This document shows positions 17,306 through 25,625 of a stretch of DNA of 64,000 nt, piece after piece. Where the stretch lies: assembly GCA_937969265.1 (NCBI GenBank), contig CALBWF010000043.1, forward strand, positions 830 to 64,829. The letters run 5' to 3'. Both the position numbers and the translations under genes were made by a program. Numbering within the stretch: the first letter of the stretch is position 1; every line of letters begins with the position of its first letter. The DNA comes from an uncultured Porphyromonadaceae bacterium (GTDB lineage Bacteria; Bacteroidota; Bacteroidia; Bacteroidales; Muribaculaceae). The notes beneath the pieces are model-generated. The model did no database searches and was not told where the DNA came from. It was given only the letters and a program-made list of their open reading frames with translations.

Positions 17306-18931
17306 ATGAGAAAATTCATCATAACGGCCTCCCTCCTTACCGCCGCGACCATGGCGTTCGGCCAGTTCTTTTCCAACCGCGGGAAACAGGAAATCCCGCA
17401 GATGCAGCCCGCCCAGAAGCTGGGTTACGCCGAAAAGATTATCGAGACATACTACGTCGATACGGTCGATGCCGACCGCCTGGTGCAGGACGCGATTGTC
17501 GCGATGCTGAAGAACCTCGACCCCCATTCCTCCTATTCCGACCCGGAGGAGACCAAGGAACTCACCCAGCCGCTCGAAGGGAACTTCTCGGGAATCGGGG
17601 TGCAGTTCAATATGCTGAATGACACGCTGTTCGTGATTCAGACCACCTCCGGCGGCCCGTCGGAGAAGGTCGGCATCCTGCCGGGCGACCGCATACTGCA
17701 GGCAGGCGACTCGGTGATTTCCGGTGTCAAGAGCCCCAACTCGCGAATCCTGAAGATACTCCGCGGCCCCAAGGGCACGCGGGTCAACCTCAAGGTGCTC
17801 CGCAAGGGGGTCGATGAGCCGATAATATTCTCCGTAGTGCGCGACGACATTCCCATCTATTCCGTCGATGCCGCGTATATGGCCGACCCGGAAACCGGTT
17901 ATATCCGCATCTCGCGCTTCGCCGAGGAAACGGCGGCCGAGTTCGACAAGGCTTTCTTCGACCTCAAGAAGCAGGGGATGAAGAACCTCATCCTCGACCT
18001 GGAGGATAACGGGGGCGGCTACCTCGGTGCGGCCCACGAGCTTGCCTCGCGCTTCCTCAAACGCGGCGACCTGGTAGTCTACACCGACGGCCCCCAGACC
18101 GGGACCCAGGTCTACGGAGCCGAGCGCGACGGCTATTTCCTCGACGGGCGGCTGGTAGTAACCGTCAACCAGTATTCCGCCTCCGCTTCGGAGATTACCG
18201 CCGGAGCGGTGCAGGACAACGACCGCGGCCTGGTCGTGGGGAGGCGCACGTTCGGCAAGGGACTGGTGCAGCGTCCCTTCCCGTTCCCCGACGGCTCGAT
18301 GATACGCCTTACGGTCTCGAAATACTATACCCCTTCCGGCCGCTGCATACAGAAGCCTTACACCCCCGGCGACGAGGATGAATACCGCGCCGACATGCTC
18401 CACCGCTACCAGGCGGGAGAGTTCTCCTCCGCCGATTCGATCCATTTCCCCGACTCCCTCCGCTTCGAGACCATCCGCAACCACCGGCCCGTCTACGCGG
18501 CCGGTGGCATCATGCCCGACCTGTTTGTCCCGATTGACACCACGGCTTATTCTGACTACTACCGCGACCTGGTGGCCAAGGGGATTCTCAACCGCTACTG
18601 CATCACATACGTCGACGACAACCGCAAGCAGCTCAAGAAAGAGTACCCGACCGAGCGCGACTTCCTCGACAACTTCCGCGTGAAGCCCGAGATGATGCGT
18701 TCCATAGTAGAGATGGGGGTAGCCGACAGCGTGAAGTATAATGACGAGGAGTTCAACCGCTCCCGCGGGATGATGGAGACCATCGTCAAGGGAATCATCG
18801 GCCGCGACCTGTTCGAGACCTCCACCTACTTCAAGGTCGTGAACCCCGTCCTCAGCCCGACCTACCGCCAGGCCCTCGACCTCATCAACGACCGCGAGCG
18901 CTACTCCCGCCTCCTCCGCGGCTCCAACTAA
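17306..18931 (+). CDS. S41 family C-terminal processing peptidase (Ctp/Prc-like)
   Basis: Signal peptide, PDZ region (GIGVQF...GGPSEKVGILPGDRIL), S41 core (LILDLEDNGGGYL, NQYSASASEI, GRRTFGKGLVQ). Confidence 0.92.
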   Translation: MRKFIITASLLTAATMAFGQFFSNRGKQEIPQMQPAQKLGYAEKIIETYYVDTVDADRLVQDAIVAMLKNLDPHSSYSDPEETKELTQPLEGNFSGIGVQFNMLNDTLFVIQTTSGGPSEKVGILPGDRILQAGDSVISGVKSPNSRILKILRGPKGTRVNLKVLRKGVDEPIIFSVVRDDIPIYSVDAAYMADPETGYIRISRFAEETAAEFDKAFFDLKKQGMKNLILDLEDNGGGYLGAAHELASRFLKRGDLVVYTDGPQTGTQVYGAERDGYFLDGRLVVTVNQYSASASEITAGAVQDNDRGLVVGRRTFGKGLVQRPFPFPDGSMIRLTVSKYYTPSGRCIQKPYTPGDEDEYRADMLHRYQAGEFSSADSIHFPDSLRFETIRNHRPVYAAGGIMPDLFVPIDTTAYSDYYRDLVAKGILNRYCITYVDDNRKQLKKEYPTERDFLDNFRVKPEMMRSIVEMGVADSVKYNDEEFNRSRGMMETIVKGIIGRDLFETSTYFKVVNPVLSPTYRQALDLINDRERYSRLLRGSN

Positions 18932-18946
18932 CAACCGTTATAAGAT

Positions 18947-19972
18947 ATGCGGCCCCGGCCTGTCGTTTTCCCTCGGACGCGGAAGAATCCTGATTTCTTG
19001 TCCCGTGCCCGCTGGCACGATTATCGCTCGCGATGCATATATATGGTGACCTTGTCGGCGGCGGAAGGCTCGCCCAGGTTTTCCGAAGTCATAGGCTGGG
19101 CCAATGCTGAGGGAATCTCAGCGGGTGTCAGGCTCCTGCCCGCAGGGGCATTGATTGAAAGGGAAATTGTTCGGTTGCCGGAACGCTACCCGGTCGTTAA
19201 GGTGCTGGCCCATTGCGTGATGTCGGACCATCTGCATATCGTTATATTCATCAAAGAACGGACAGAGACAAGTCTGCCCCGGATTGTCGCCGCCTTTGAG
19301 GCCGGGTGCACCAAAGCGTTTCGGGAAAGTTTCCCGGATTCGCGGTTGTCCCTGGCCGGAGGAAGCCTGTTTGCCAAAGGGTTCAACGACAGGATAGTGC
19401 GGGGCCGGGGAGAGGCAGATGCTTTCTGCCGGTATGTTGAGGATAATCCGAAGCGATATTATCTTCGGAAAAACCACCCCGAATATTTCGACCGCTGCCG
19501 GATTATAACGGTAAACGGTCGGGAACTGGCAGCATACGGGAATCTGTTGTTGCTCCGCCATTGTGTCAAGTGCGCGGTTAAAGTCAGCCGGTCGCTGACT
19601 CCCGAAGAGACAGTCGGCTGTGAAAGAGCCTGGAGCGAGACCATTAGGAGCAGGGGCGTGCTTGTGTCGCCGTTTATAAGTCAGGGGGAGAAAGAGGTAT
19701 TCCGCGAGGCAGTCGAAGGAGTGGCTGGCATAATCCATATTCTGCCCAATGGCTTTCCCGAGCGGTTCAAGCCTTCTGGCAGAGAGTTTGAACTTTGCGC
19801 GGCCGGGCGGTTGCTTTTAATCGCGCCTGTCGAATACGATACCAGGAGAGCAGTTGTCTCGCGGGAGCAATGCCTGGCGATGAACGAGCTGGCGGCGCTT
19901 GTCGCCGCCAACGGCCTGAGCCTGGCGGTCAGGCGGGAGCCGCGCTCTGGTTCAAACCGCGCCGCTCGCTAA
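18947..19972 (+). CDS. HUH/Y1 (IS200/IS605 TnpA / RayT-like) transposase-like protein with unassigned C-terminal extension (341 aa), copy Y1a
   Basis: HUH motif SDHLHIVIF and Tyr-helix motif FCRYVEDNPKRYY. Paralog of 30178..31167. Followed by a family palindrome. Confidence 0.8.
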   Translation: MRPRPVVFPRTRKNPDFLSRARWHDYRSRCIYMVTLSAAEGSPRFSEVIGWANAEGISAGVRLLPAGALIEREIVRLPERYPVVKVLAHCVMSDHLHIVIFIKERTETSLPRIVAAFEAGCTKAFRESFPDSRLSLAGGSLFAKGFNDRIVRGRGEADAFCRYVEDNPKRYYLRKNHPEYFDRCRIITVNGRELAAYGNLLLLRHCVKCAVKVSRSLTPEETVGCERAWSETIRSRGVLVSPFISQGEKEVFREAVEGVAGIIHILPNGFPERFKPSGREFELCAAGRLLLIAPVEYDTRRAVVSREQCLAMNELAALVAANGLSLAVRREPRSGSNRAAR

Positions 19973-19974
19973 AG
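19957..19974 (+). repeat. 18-nt partial copy of the palindrome arm (CCGCGCCGCTCGCTAAAG) covering the Y1a stop codon
   Basis: Identical to 20001..20018. Confidence 0.85.
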
Positions 19975-19999
19975 GGCAATGCTCGCCGCTAACAGCAAA

Positions 20000-20159
20000 C
20001 CCGCGCCGCTCGCTAAAGCTCGCTCCACCCGACAGGCTGCGCGTTCTTTATCCTCTTGTTTTCTCCCTCTCCCCTCCTTCTCTTCTTCTTTTTCCTCTTT
20101 CTCCTTAGCCTTTCGCGCGCAGCCTGTCGGGTGGAGCGAGCTTTAGCGAGCGGCGCGGG
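20000..20159. repeat. Foldback palindrome HP1: perfect 44-bp arms (20000-20043 / 20116-20159), 72-nt pyrimidine-rich loop
   Basis: The reverse complement of the left arm, checked base by base, equals the right arm. The loop is almost pure C/T on the + strand. Confidence 0.95.
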
Positions 20160-21453
20160 GGCGGTTGGCGGCGCGGGGGTAGAGGAGGGTCTGGAGGGCG
20201 CCGCGGGCGAAGAGGTAGGAGATGAAGGCGAGCCAGAGGGCGTGGTTGCCGAGGGAGGGGAAGAGGAGGTACTGGAGGAGGAAGAAGATGGCGGAGGCTC
20301 CGGCCATGCTGAGCAGGAGGGGGCGCGTCAGGGTCGCGCCGATGTAGACCCCGTCCCAGACGAAGGCCCCGAAGCCGCAAATGGGGATGCTGACGGCCCA
20401 CAGGGCGTATTCGCGGCTCGCGGCGAGCACGTCCCGGTCGGAGCTTAGGATGCCGAGAAACGATTCTCCGCCGAGAAAATATATGGCTGTGAAGACCAGT
20501 GCCAGGGCGAGGCCCCAGCGCATCGTGGCCTTTATCATCGCGTCGAGGCTGCGGCGGTCACGGGCCCCGGTGAAACGCCCGGCGAGGGCTTCGGCGGCGA
20601 AGGCGAAGCCGTCCATGACATAGGAAAAGAGGAGGAAGAGCTGCATCAGCAGGGTATTGACTGCGAGAATCACGGAGCCTTGCGAGGCTCCGGCGCGGGT
20701 GAACCACATCGTGACGGCCATAAGGCATACCGTGCGCAGCATCACGTCGAAGTTCACTTTGAAGAAGCGCCGCAGTTCCTCCCATCGCGCGATTTCCCTC
20801 CATCCGCACCGTTGCAGCCGGTAGCGCCGCAGAAACAGCAGTGAGACGGCCAGCCCGACCCATTGCGCTGTCAGCGTGCCGCACGCTATCCCCGGAATCC
20901 CCATCCGCAGGGCGTAGACGAGCGTCAGGCTCGCGGCGATGTTCGACAGGTTTACTGCCAGGGATGTCCACATCAGCACCCGCGAGTTCTGCATGCCGAG
21001 AAACCAGCCGGAGAGGGCGTAGGTCCCCAGCATCGCCGGCGCGCCGTAAATCAGAATCCTGAAATACTGCCTCGCGAGCGCCTCGGCTCCCGCGTCGGGC
21101 GACGCGAGCCACAGCAGCCCGTATTCCAGCGGCCGTTGGAGAAGGATAAGCGCCACGCCCGCTCCGAAGGCTACCAGCAGCGAGCGCCGCAGAATCAGCG
21201 ACTGGGCGCGGGTGTCGGCGGCTCCGCAAGCCTGCCCCGCGAGGCCCGAGGTCCCGGCGCGGAGGAAGGAGAAGAACCAGTAGACCATGTTGAACATGAC
21301 GCTCCCCACGGCGATTGCGGCAAGAAACACGGCGCTCCCCATATGCCCCGCGATGGCCGTGTCGACCAGCCCCAGGAGGGGCGTGGTGATGTTGGCCGCG
21401 ATGGAGGGTATGGCGAGCGCCAGTATTTTCCGGTTAAGGCCGGAGAGTTTCAT
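20143..21453 (-). CDS. MATE family efflux transporter (436 aa)
   Basis: N-terminus KILALAIPSIAANITTPLLGLVDTAIAGHMG and 12-TM-like hydrophobic profile. The last codons lie in the HP1 right arm. Confidence 0.9.
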   Translation of the reverse strand: MKLSGLNRKILALAIPSIAANITTPLLGLVDTAIAGHMGSAVFLAAIAVGSVMFNMVYWFFSFLRAGTSGLAGQACGAADTRAQSLILRRSLLVAFGAGVALILLQRPLEYGLLWLASPDAGAEALARQYFRILIYGAPAMLGTYALSGWFLGMQNSRVLMWTSLAVNLSNIAASLTLVYALRMGIPGIACGTLTAQWVGLAVSLLFLRRYRLQRCGWREIARWEELRRFFKVNFDVMLRTVCLMAVTMWFTRAGASQGSVILAVNTLLMQLFLLFSYVMDGFAFAAEALAGRFTGARDRRSLDAMIKATMRWGLALALVFTAIYFLGGESFLGILSSDRDVLAASREYALWAVSIPICGFGAFVWDGVYIGATLTRPLLLSMAGASAIFFLLQYLLFPSLGNHALWLAFISYLFARGALQTLLYPRAANRPRAAR

Positions 21454-23456
21454 CAGAGTTTTTTTGCTTTGAGGCTGTCGGAGTAGAGGTAGGCGATCAG
21501 CAGGGCGTAAGCTACGACGCCGAGAATCTGGAGGGTCGTTACGTCAAGGCCGCATACATATTCGAAGCCGAAGAAGCGGGTAAGGGCGGCGAACACGCCG
21601 AAGAGCGCTCCGCCCGCGATCAGCCCGGAGGAAATCAGGGTACCGCGGTCGCGGCGGGCGTTGTTGACCGCCTCCTCCTTGGAACTGTGGCTTACGAAAT
21701 AGGCCACGGCACCCCCGACGAGCAGGGGCACGTTGAGCGACAGGGGGATGAACATGCCCAGGCAGAAGGCCAGGGCCGGAACGCCGAGCCAGTTGAGCAG
21801 CAGGGCGAGCACGACGCCGGTCATATAGAGAATCCAGGGGGTCTCGCCTCCCATCATCAGCGGCTCGATAACCTTCGCCATAGCGTTAGCCTGCGGGGCG
21901 ACGAGGGCGTTGGGACCCGAGAAGCCGTAAACGTCGTTAAGCACCAGGATCACGCCTCCGACGGTGGCGGCGGAAACCAGTGTGCCGAGGAATTTCCACT
22001 GCTCCTGCTTCTTAGGGGTGGTGCCGAGCCAGTAGCCTACCTTGAGGTCGGTAACGAAGCCTCCGGCCATGGAGAGCGCCGTGCAGACAACGCCGCCGAT
22101 TACCATCGAGGCCACGATGCCGGAGGTCCCTTTGAGGCCGATTGCGACGAAAATCGCGGAGGCCACGATGAGGGTCATCAGCGTCATGCCCGAAACCGGG
22201 TTGGAGCCTACAATCGCGATCGCGTTGGCCGCCACGGTTGTGAACAGGAAGGCGATGAAGACAACGACAACCCACGCGACGAGCGCCTGCCACCAGTTAT
22301 GGATCACGCCGAACCAGAAGAAGCAGAGAACGGCAACCAGGGCGATGGCGATGAAGAACACGATATGCTTCATTGATATGTCGAGCTGCCAGCGCAGGGG
22401 CTTCTCGGCGGTAGCGGCGCCCCCCTTGAACTCCCTGCCGGCGAGGCCGACGGCCTGGCGGATGATAGGCCAGGACTTCACGATGCCGATCACGCCGGCC
22501 ATGGCGATGCCGCCGATGCCGATCATACGGGCGTAGTTGCTGAAAATCTCCTGCGAGGAGAGCGCCGCCAGTTCGGCGTTGCCGTAGGTGCCGAGCAGGG
22601 GGATGATTACCCACCACACGAAGAGCGATCCGGCGGTTATGATGAAGGCGTAGCGCAGTCCGATGATGTATCCCAGGCCGAGCACTGCGGCGCCGGTGTT
22701 GCAGCTCAGTACCAGGCGGGTCTTCTCCTCGATGGCCGCACCCCAGGAAGTGAGGGTCGTGTTGAGGGTACCGGCCCAGAATCCGAAGGTCTCGACGATG
22801 TAGTCGTAGAGGCCGCCGATGAGCGACGCGATAACGAGGGTCTTGGCCTGACCGCCGTTCTCAGCCTTGGAGGAGGCTCCGGAAGCGAGCACCTGGGTGG
22901 TCGCTGTTGCTTCGGGGAAGGGGTACTTGCCGTGCATGTCCTTCACGAAATATTTTCGGAAGGGGATGAAGAACAGTATGCCGAGAACGCCGCCCAACAG
23001 GGAGCTGAGGAAAATCTGGAAGAAGTTGACGGTGATTTCGGGGTAGGTGTCCTGGAGGATGTAGAGCGCCGGAAGGGTGAAGATGGCTCCCGCAACAATC
23101 ACGCCCGAGCATGCGCCGATCGACTGGATGATGACGTTCTGCCCCAGGGCGTTTTTCTTGCCGAGCGCGCCGGAGAGGCCGACGGCGATGATGGCGATAG
23201 GAATCGCGGCCTCGAACACCTGGCCTACCTTTAGGCCGAGATACGCGGCGGCGGCGGAGAAAATCACGCAGAGTACCAGGCCCATGATCACGGAGTAGGG
23301 GGTCACTTCGGCATATTCGCGCGCCGGATGCATCATCGGGCGGAACTGCTCGTCGGCTCCGAGTTCCCGGAACGCGTTTTCCGGGAGTTCGGCGGGGTCG
23401 GCGTCCTGCCAGACACCCTCGACCTTCGAGGTCGGAATCTTGTTGTCTTTTTCCAT
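21453..23456 (-). CDS. OPT family oligopeptide transporter (667 aa)
   Basis: Long polytopic membrane protein with OPT-like sequence. Its stop overlaps the MATE start by 1 nt. Confidence 0.88.
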   Translation of the reverse strand: MEKDNKIPTSKVEGVWQDADPAELPENAFRELGADEQFRPMMHPAREYAEVTPYSVIMGLVLCVIFSAAAAYLGLKVGQVFEAAIPIAIIAVGLSGALGKKNALGQNVIIQSIGACSGVIVAGAIFTLPALYILQDTYPEITVNFFQIFLSSLLGGVLGILFFIPFRKYFVKDMHGKYPFPEATATTQVLASGASSKAENGGQAKTLVIASLIGGLYDYIVETFGFWAGTLNTTLTSWGAAIEEKTRLVLSCNTGAAVLGLGYIIGLRYAFIITAGSLFVWWVIIPLLGTYGNAELAALSSQEIFSNYARMIGIGGIAMAGVIGIVKSWPIIRQAVGLAGREFKGGAATAEKPLRWQLDISMKHIVFFIAIALVAVLCFFWFGVIHNWWQALVAWVVVVFIAFLFTTVAANAIAIVGSNPVSGMTLMTLIVASAIFVAIGLKGTSGIVASMVIGGVVCTALSMAGGFVTDLKVGYWLGTTPKKQEQWKFLGTLVSAATVGGVILVLNDVYGFSGPNALVAPQANAMAKVIEPLMMGGETPWILYMTGVVLALLLNWLGVPALAFCLGMFIPLSLNVPLLVGGAVAYFVSHSSKEEAVNNARRDRGTLISSGLIAGGALFGVFAALTRFFGFEYVCGLDVTTLQILGVVAYALLIAYLYSDSLKAKKL

Positions 23457-23531
23457 TTATCGGTTGGTTTTGTTTGTTGCGGGGTTGGTTTTACGCCCGA
23501 GGGAGCTCGGCTTACGCCTCGCCGCGGCAGC

Positions 23532-23885
23532 TCAGGCGCCGGGCGCCCCGGCGCGGGGGCGGGAGAGGATGTCGAAGGTATCGACGTAGATTTCGGTAAC
23601 CTGGTGCTTGATTGTGTTGCGGTCCTCCCATACCCGGGTGCGGAGTTTCCCTTCGACGTAGAGCTTCGTGCCGCGGGAGATATAGCGCTCGGCGGTCTCC
23701 GCGGCGGGACCCCACATCACTATGCGGTGCCACTCGACGCGCTCCGGGCCGCGGCTTCCGTCGGGAAGGAGCGCCCCCGGTTCGTTGGTGGCCAGCGAGA
23801 ATGTCGCCAGCGGGCGGGAGTCGATGTAGGAAATCTGCGGGTCGCTCCCGACGTTTCCCACGAGTATCACTTTGTTGACCGACAT
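23532..23885 (-). CDS. ssb: Single-stranded DNA-binding protein, short form (117 aa)
   Basis: OB-fold start MSVNKVILVGNVGSDPQ, then WHRIVMWG and KLYVEGKLRTRVWED. ATG at 23885 preferred over the TTG at 23891. Confidence 0.88.
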   Translation of the reverse strand: MSVNKVILVGNVGSDPQISYIDSRPLATFSLATNEPGALLPDGSRGPERVEWHRIVMWGPAAETAERYISRGTKLYVEGKLRTRVWEDRNTIKHQVTEIYVDTFDILSRPRAGAPGA

Positions 23886-23927
23886 AAGCAACAGTTTGAA
23901 CTGGTTATCAGGCGATTGTCCTTAAAC

Positions 23928-23965
23928 GACTACAAGCAATCAGCCGGGGCTGACTGCTTGTAGTC
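23928..23965 (-). terminator. Hairpin downstream of tRNA-Gly
   Basis: Long stem GACTACAAGCA(A)TCAGC / GCTGA(C)TGCTTGTAGTC, immediately 3' of the tRNA on the minus strand. Confidence 0.5.
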
Positions 23966-23972
23966 AATTTTG

Positions 23973-24045
23973 AGCGGTAAACGAGGCTCGAACTCGCGAC
24001 CCTCAGCTTGGGAAGCTGATGCTCTACCAACTGAGCTATTACCGC
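23973..24045 (-). tRNA. tRNA-Gly (anticodon CCC)
   Basis: Hand fold of the reverse complement GCGGTAATAGCTCAGTTGGTAGAGCATCAGCTTCCCAAGCTGAGGGTCGCGAGTTCGAGCCTCGTTTACCGCT. Anticodon loop TTCCCAA, discriminator U. Confidence 0.92.
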
Positions 24046-24065
24046 GTTCTTGCAGAATGTTGACG

Positions 24066-24073
24066 CAAAGTTA
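24066..24073 (-). promoter_or_regulatory. Bacteroidota -7 promoter box TAACTTTG (minus strand)
   Basis: Exact consensus about 20 nt upstream of the tRNA-Gly 5' end. Confidence 0.5.
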
Positions 24074-24171
24074 CAGAATCTTTTCGATTCGGCAAATTTT
24101 TGGCCTTAAAATATGCGCCCTTGGTTTTCGGAGACGATACCTCCGGGGTTCGGGGCGGATATTTTGGTCGG

Positions 24172-24252
24172 TGCGCAAGGGGGGACTCGAACCCCCACGC
24201 CTTTCGGCACCAGATCCTAAGTCTGGCGCGGCTGCCATTACGCCACTTGCGC
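24172..24252 (-). tRNA. tRNA-Leu (anticodon TAG), long variable arm
   Basis: Hand fold. Acceptor GCGCAAG/CTTGCGC, anticodon stem CCAGA/TCTGG with loop CTTAGGA, variable arm TGCCGAAAGGCGT, T arm GGGGG TTCGAGT CCCCC. Confidence 0.9.
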
Positions 24253-24301
24253 TTGCGGGGCGGGTCCGATGTGGGGCCGGACCGCTGCCGCCGGTAGGTT
24301 T

Positions 24302-25489
24302 TTATTTTATCAGACCGTGTTTGCGGAACACTTTCTGGAACTTGTCGAGGGCGAATTCGACCTGCTCCTTGGTGTGGGTGGCCATGAGCGAGAAGCGGAT
24401 GAGCGTGTCCTGCGGAGCTACCGCGGGGGATACCACGGGGTTCACGAAGAGCCCCTCGTCGAAGAGCTCGCGGGTGATATGGTAGGTCTTGTAGTCGTCG
24501 CGGATGAAGAGGGGGATGATTGGGGTGCAGGTCTTGCCGATTTCGCATCCCATGTCGCGGAATCCCTCGAGGGCGAAGTTGGTTATCTCCCAGAGGTGTT
24601 CCTGGCGCTCCGGCTCCTGCTCCATTATGTCGATTGCCTTGAGGGCGGCGGCGGTGGAGGCGGGAGTGATCGATGCGGTGAAGATATAGGAGCGGGAATG
24701 GTGGCGGAGGAAGTTGGTGATTTCCTTGTCGGTGGCGATGAAGCCGCCGAGGGAAGCGAACGACTTGGAGAAGGTTCCCATGACGAGGTCGACATCCTTG
24801 GTCACTCCGAAGTGGTCGCAGGTGCCGCGGCCCCCTTTGCCGAAGACGCCGATGCCGTGGGCCTCGTCGACCATTACCGACGCGTTGTATTTCTTCGCCA
24901 GGCGCACGATTTCGGGGAGGTTGGCTACGTCCCCTTCCATCGAGAACACGCCGTCGGTGACGATGAGCTTCACCTTGTCCGGCTCGCAACGCTGGAGCTG
25001 CTTTTCGAGGCTCTCCATGTCGTTGTGCTTGTATTTCAGGGTGGTCGAGAAGCTGAGGCGCTTTCCCTCGATGATGGAGGCGTGGTCCTGCTCGTCGAAG
25101 AGGATGTAGTCCTCGCGGCCTGTCAGGCAGGATACTACGCCGAGGTTCACTTCGAAGCCTGTGGAGTAAATCATCACATCCTCCTTGCCGATATACTCGG
25201 CGATGCGGCGTTCGAGTTTCTTATGCAGGTCGAGGGTTCCGTTTAGGAAGGGGGAGCCGGCGCATCCTGTTCCGTATTTGCGGGTCGCTTCGATCGCGGC
25301 CTCCTTGATGCGAGGGTCGCTGACCAGCCCCGAATAGCAGTTGCTGCCGAACATCAGGACCTTGCGGCCGTTAATGATTACTTCTGGTTCCTGCTCGCTT
25401 TCGATAGCGCGGAAGTAGGGGTAGACCCCTGCGGCTTTCGCCTCTTGCGGCGCGGTGTACTTGGCGAGTTTCTCTTGGAGTAGCTTCAT
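24302..25489 (-). CDS. spt: Serine palmitoyltransferase / alpha-oxoamine synthase (395 aa)
   Basis: Close resemblance to Bacteroides SPT (LLQEKLAKY, GVYPYFR, SRFLNGTLDLH-like, PLP-lysine motif GTFSKS, LMATHTKEQ). Confidence 0.88.
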   Translation of the reverse strand: MKLLQEKLAKYTAPQEAKAAGVYPYFRAIESEQEPEVIINGRKVLMFGSNCYSGLVSDPRIKEAAIEATRKYGTGCAGSPFLNGTLDLHKKLERRIAEYIGKEDVMIYSTGFEVNLGVVSCLTGREDYILFDEQDHASIIEGKRLSFSTTLKYKHNDMESLEKQLQRCEPDKVKLIVTDGVFSMEGDVANLPEIVRLAKKYNASVMVDEAHGIGVFGKGGRGTCDHFGVTKDVDLVMGTFSKSFASLGGFIATDKEITNFLRHHSRSYIFTASITPASTAAALKAIDIMEQEPERQEHLWEITNFALEGFRDMGCEIGKTCTPIIPLFIRDDYKTYHITRELFDEGLFVNPVVSPAVAPQDTLIRFSLMATHTKEQVEFALDKFQKVFRKHGLIK

Positions 25490-25573
25490 TGCGTGAGATG
25501 TTGTCGATTGGTTGTCAGGGAGTAACGGCTGGCTGGAGCCGTGTTTCCTCCCTGTCCGCTAAAATCAAGGCTA

Positions 25574-25581
25574 CAAAGGTA
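25574..25581 (-). promoter_or_regulatory. Bacteroidota -7 promoter box TACCTTTG (minus strand)
   Basis: TAnnTTTG match about 85 nt upstream of the spt ATG. Confidence 0.45.
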
Positions 25582-25625
25582 GCGATTTTTTCCAAAACCA
25601 GCGTACTTTTCTCCAAAAATTCCGC

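Noticed and set aside
15738-18934. Antisense ORFs 15738..17084 and 17279..18934 opposite parE/coaD and the S41 peptidase
   Set aside because: The sense frames carry diagnostic GHKL/Toprim, CoaD and S41 motifs. The antisense products have none and show the same high-GC artefact composition.
19973-20159. HP1 as a plain bidirectional transcription terminator
   Set aside because: A 44-bp perfect stem with a 72-nt loop and no flanking U-tracts is unlike the other terminators in this window (8-15 bp stems followed by T runs). A role at mRNA 3' ends is not excluded and is noted in the findings.
20056-20448. ORFs reading through the HP1 and HP2 palindromes (20056..20448, 20105..20401, 31183..31560, 31347..31570)
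   Set aside because: The translations are low-complexity (poly-Leu/Phe/Ser or Pro/Arg) products of the pyrimidine loop, the arms and the tandem repeat, and some overlap the MATE gene. They are not credible proteins.
23508-23523. Exact 16-mer CGGCTTACGCCTCGCC shared with 48490..48505
   Set aside because: For a 64-kb window compared with itself on both strands, about one exact 16-mer match is expected by chance (N^2 / 4^16 is close to 1), and more in biased GC-rich DNA. The flanks do not align.
23970-24485. 171-aa plus-strand ORF spanning the tRNA-Gly and tRNA-Leu loci
   Set aside because: It overlaps two well-folding tRNA genes and the 3' end of spt, so it is a chance open frame.
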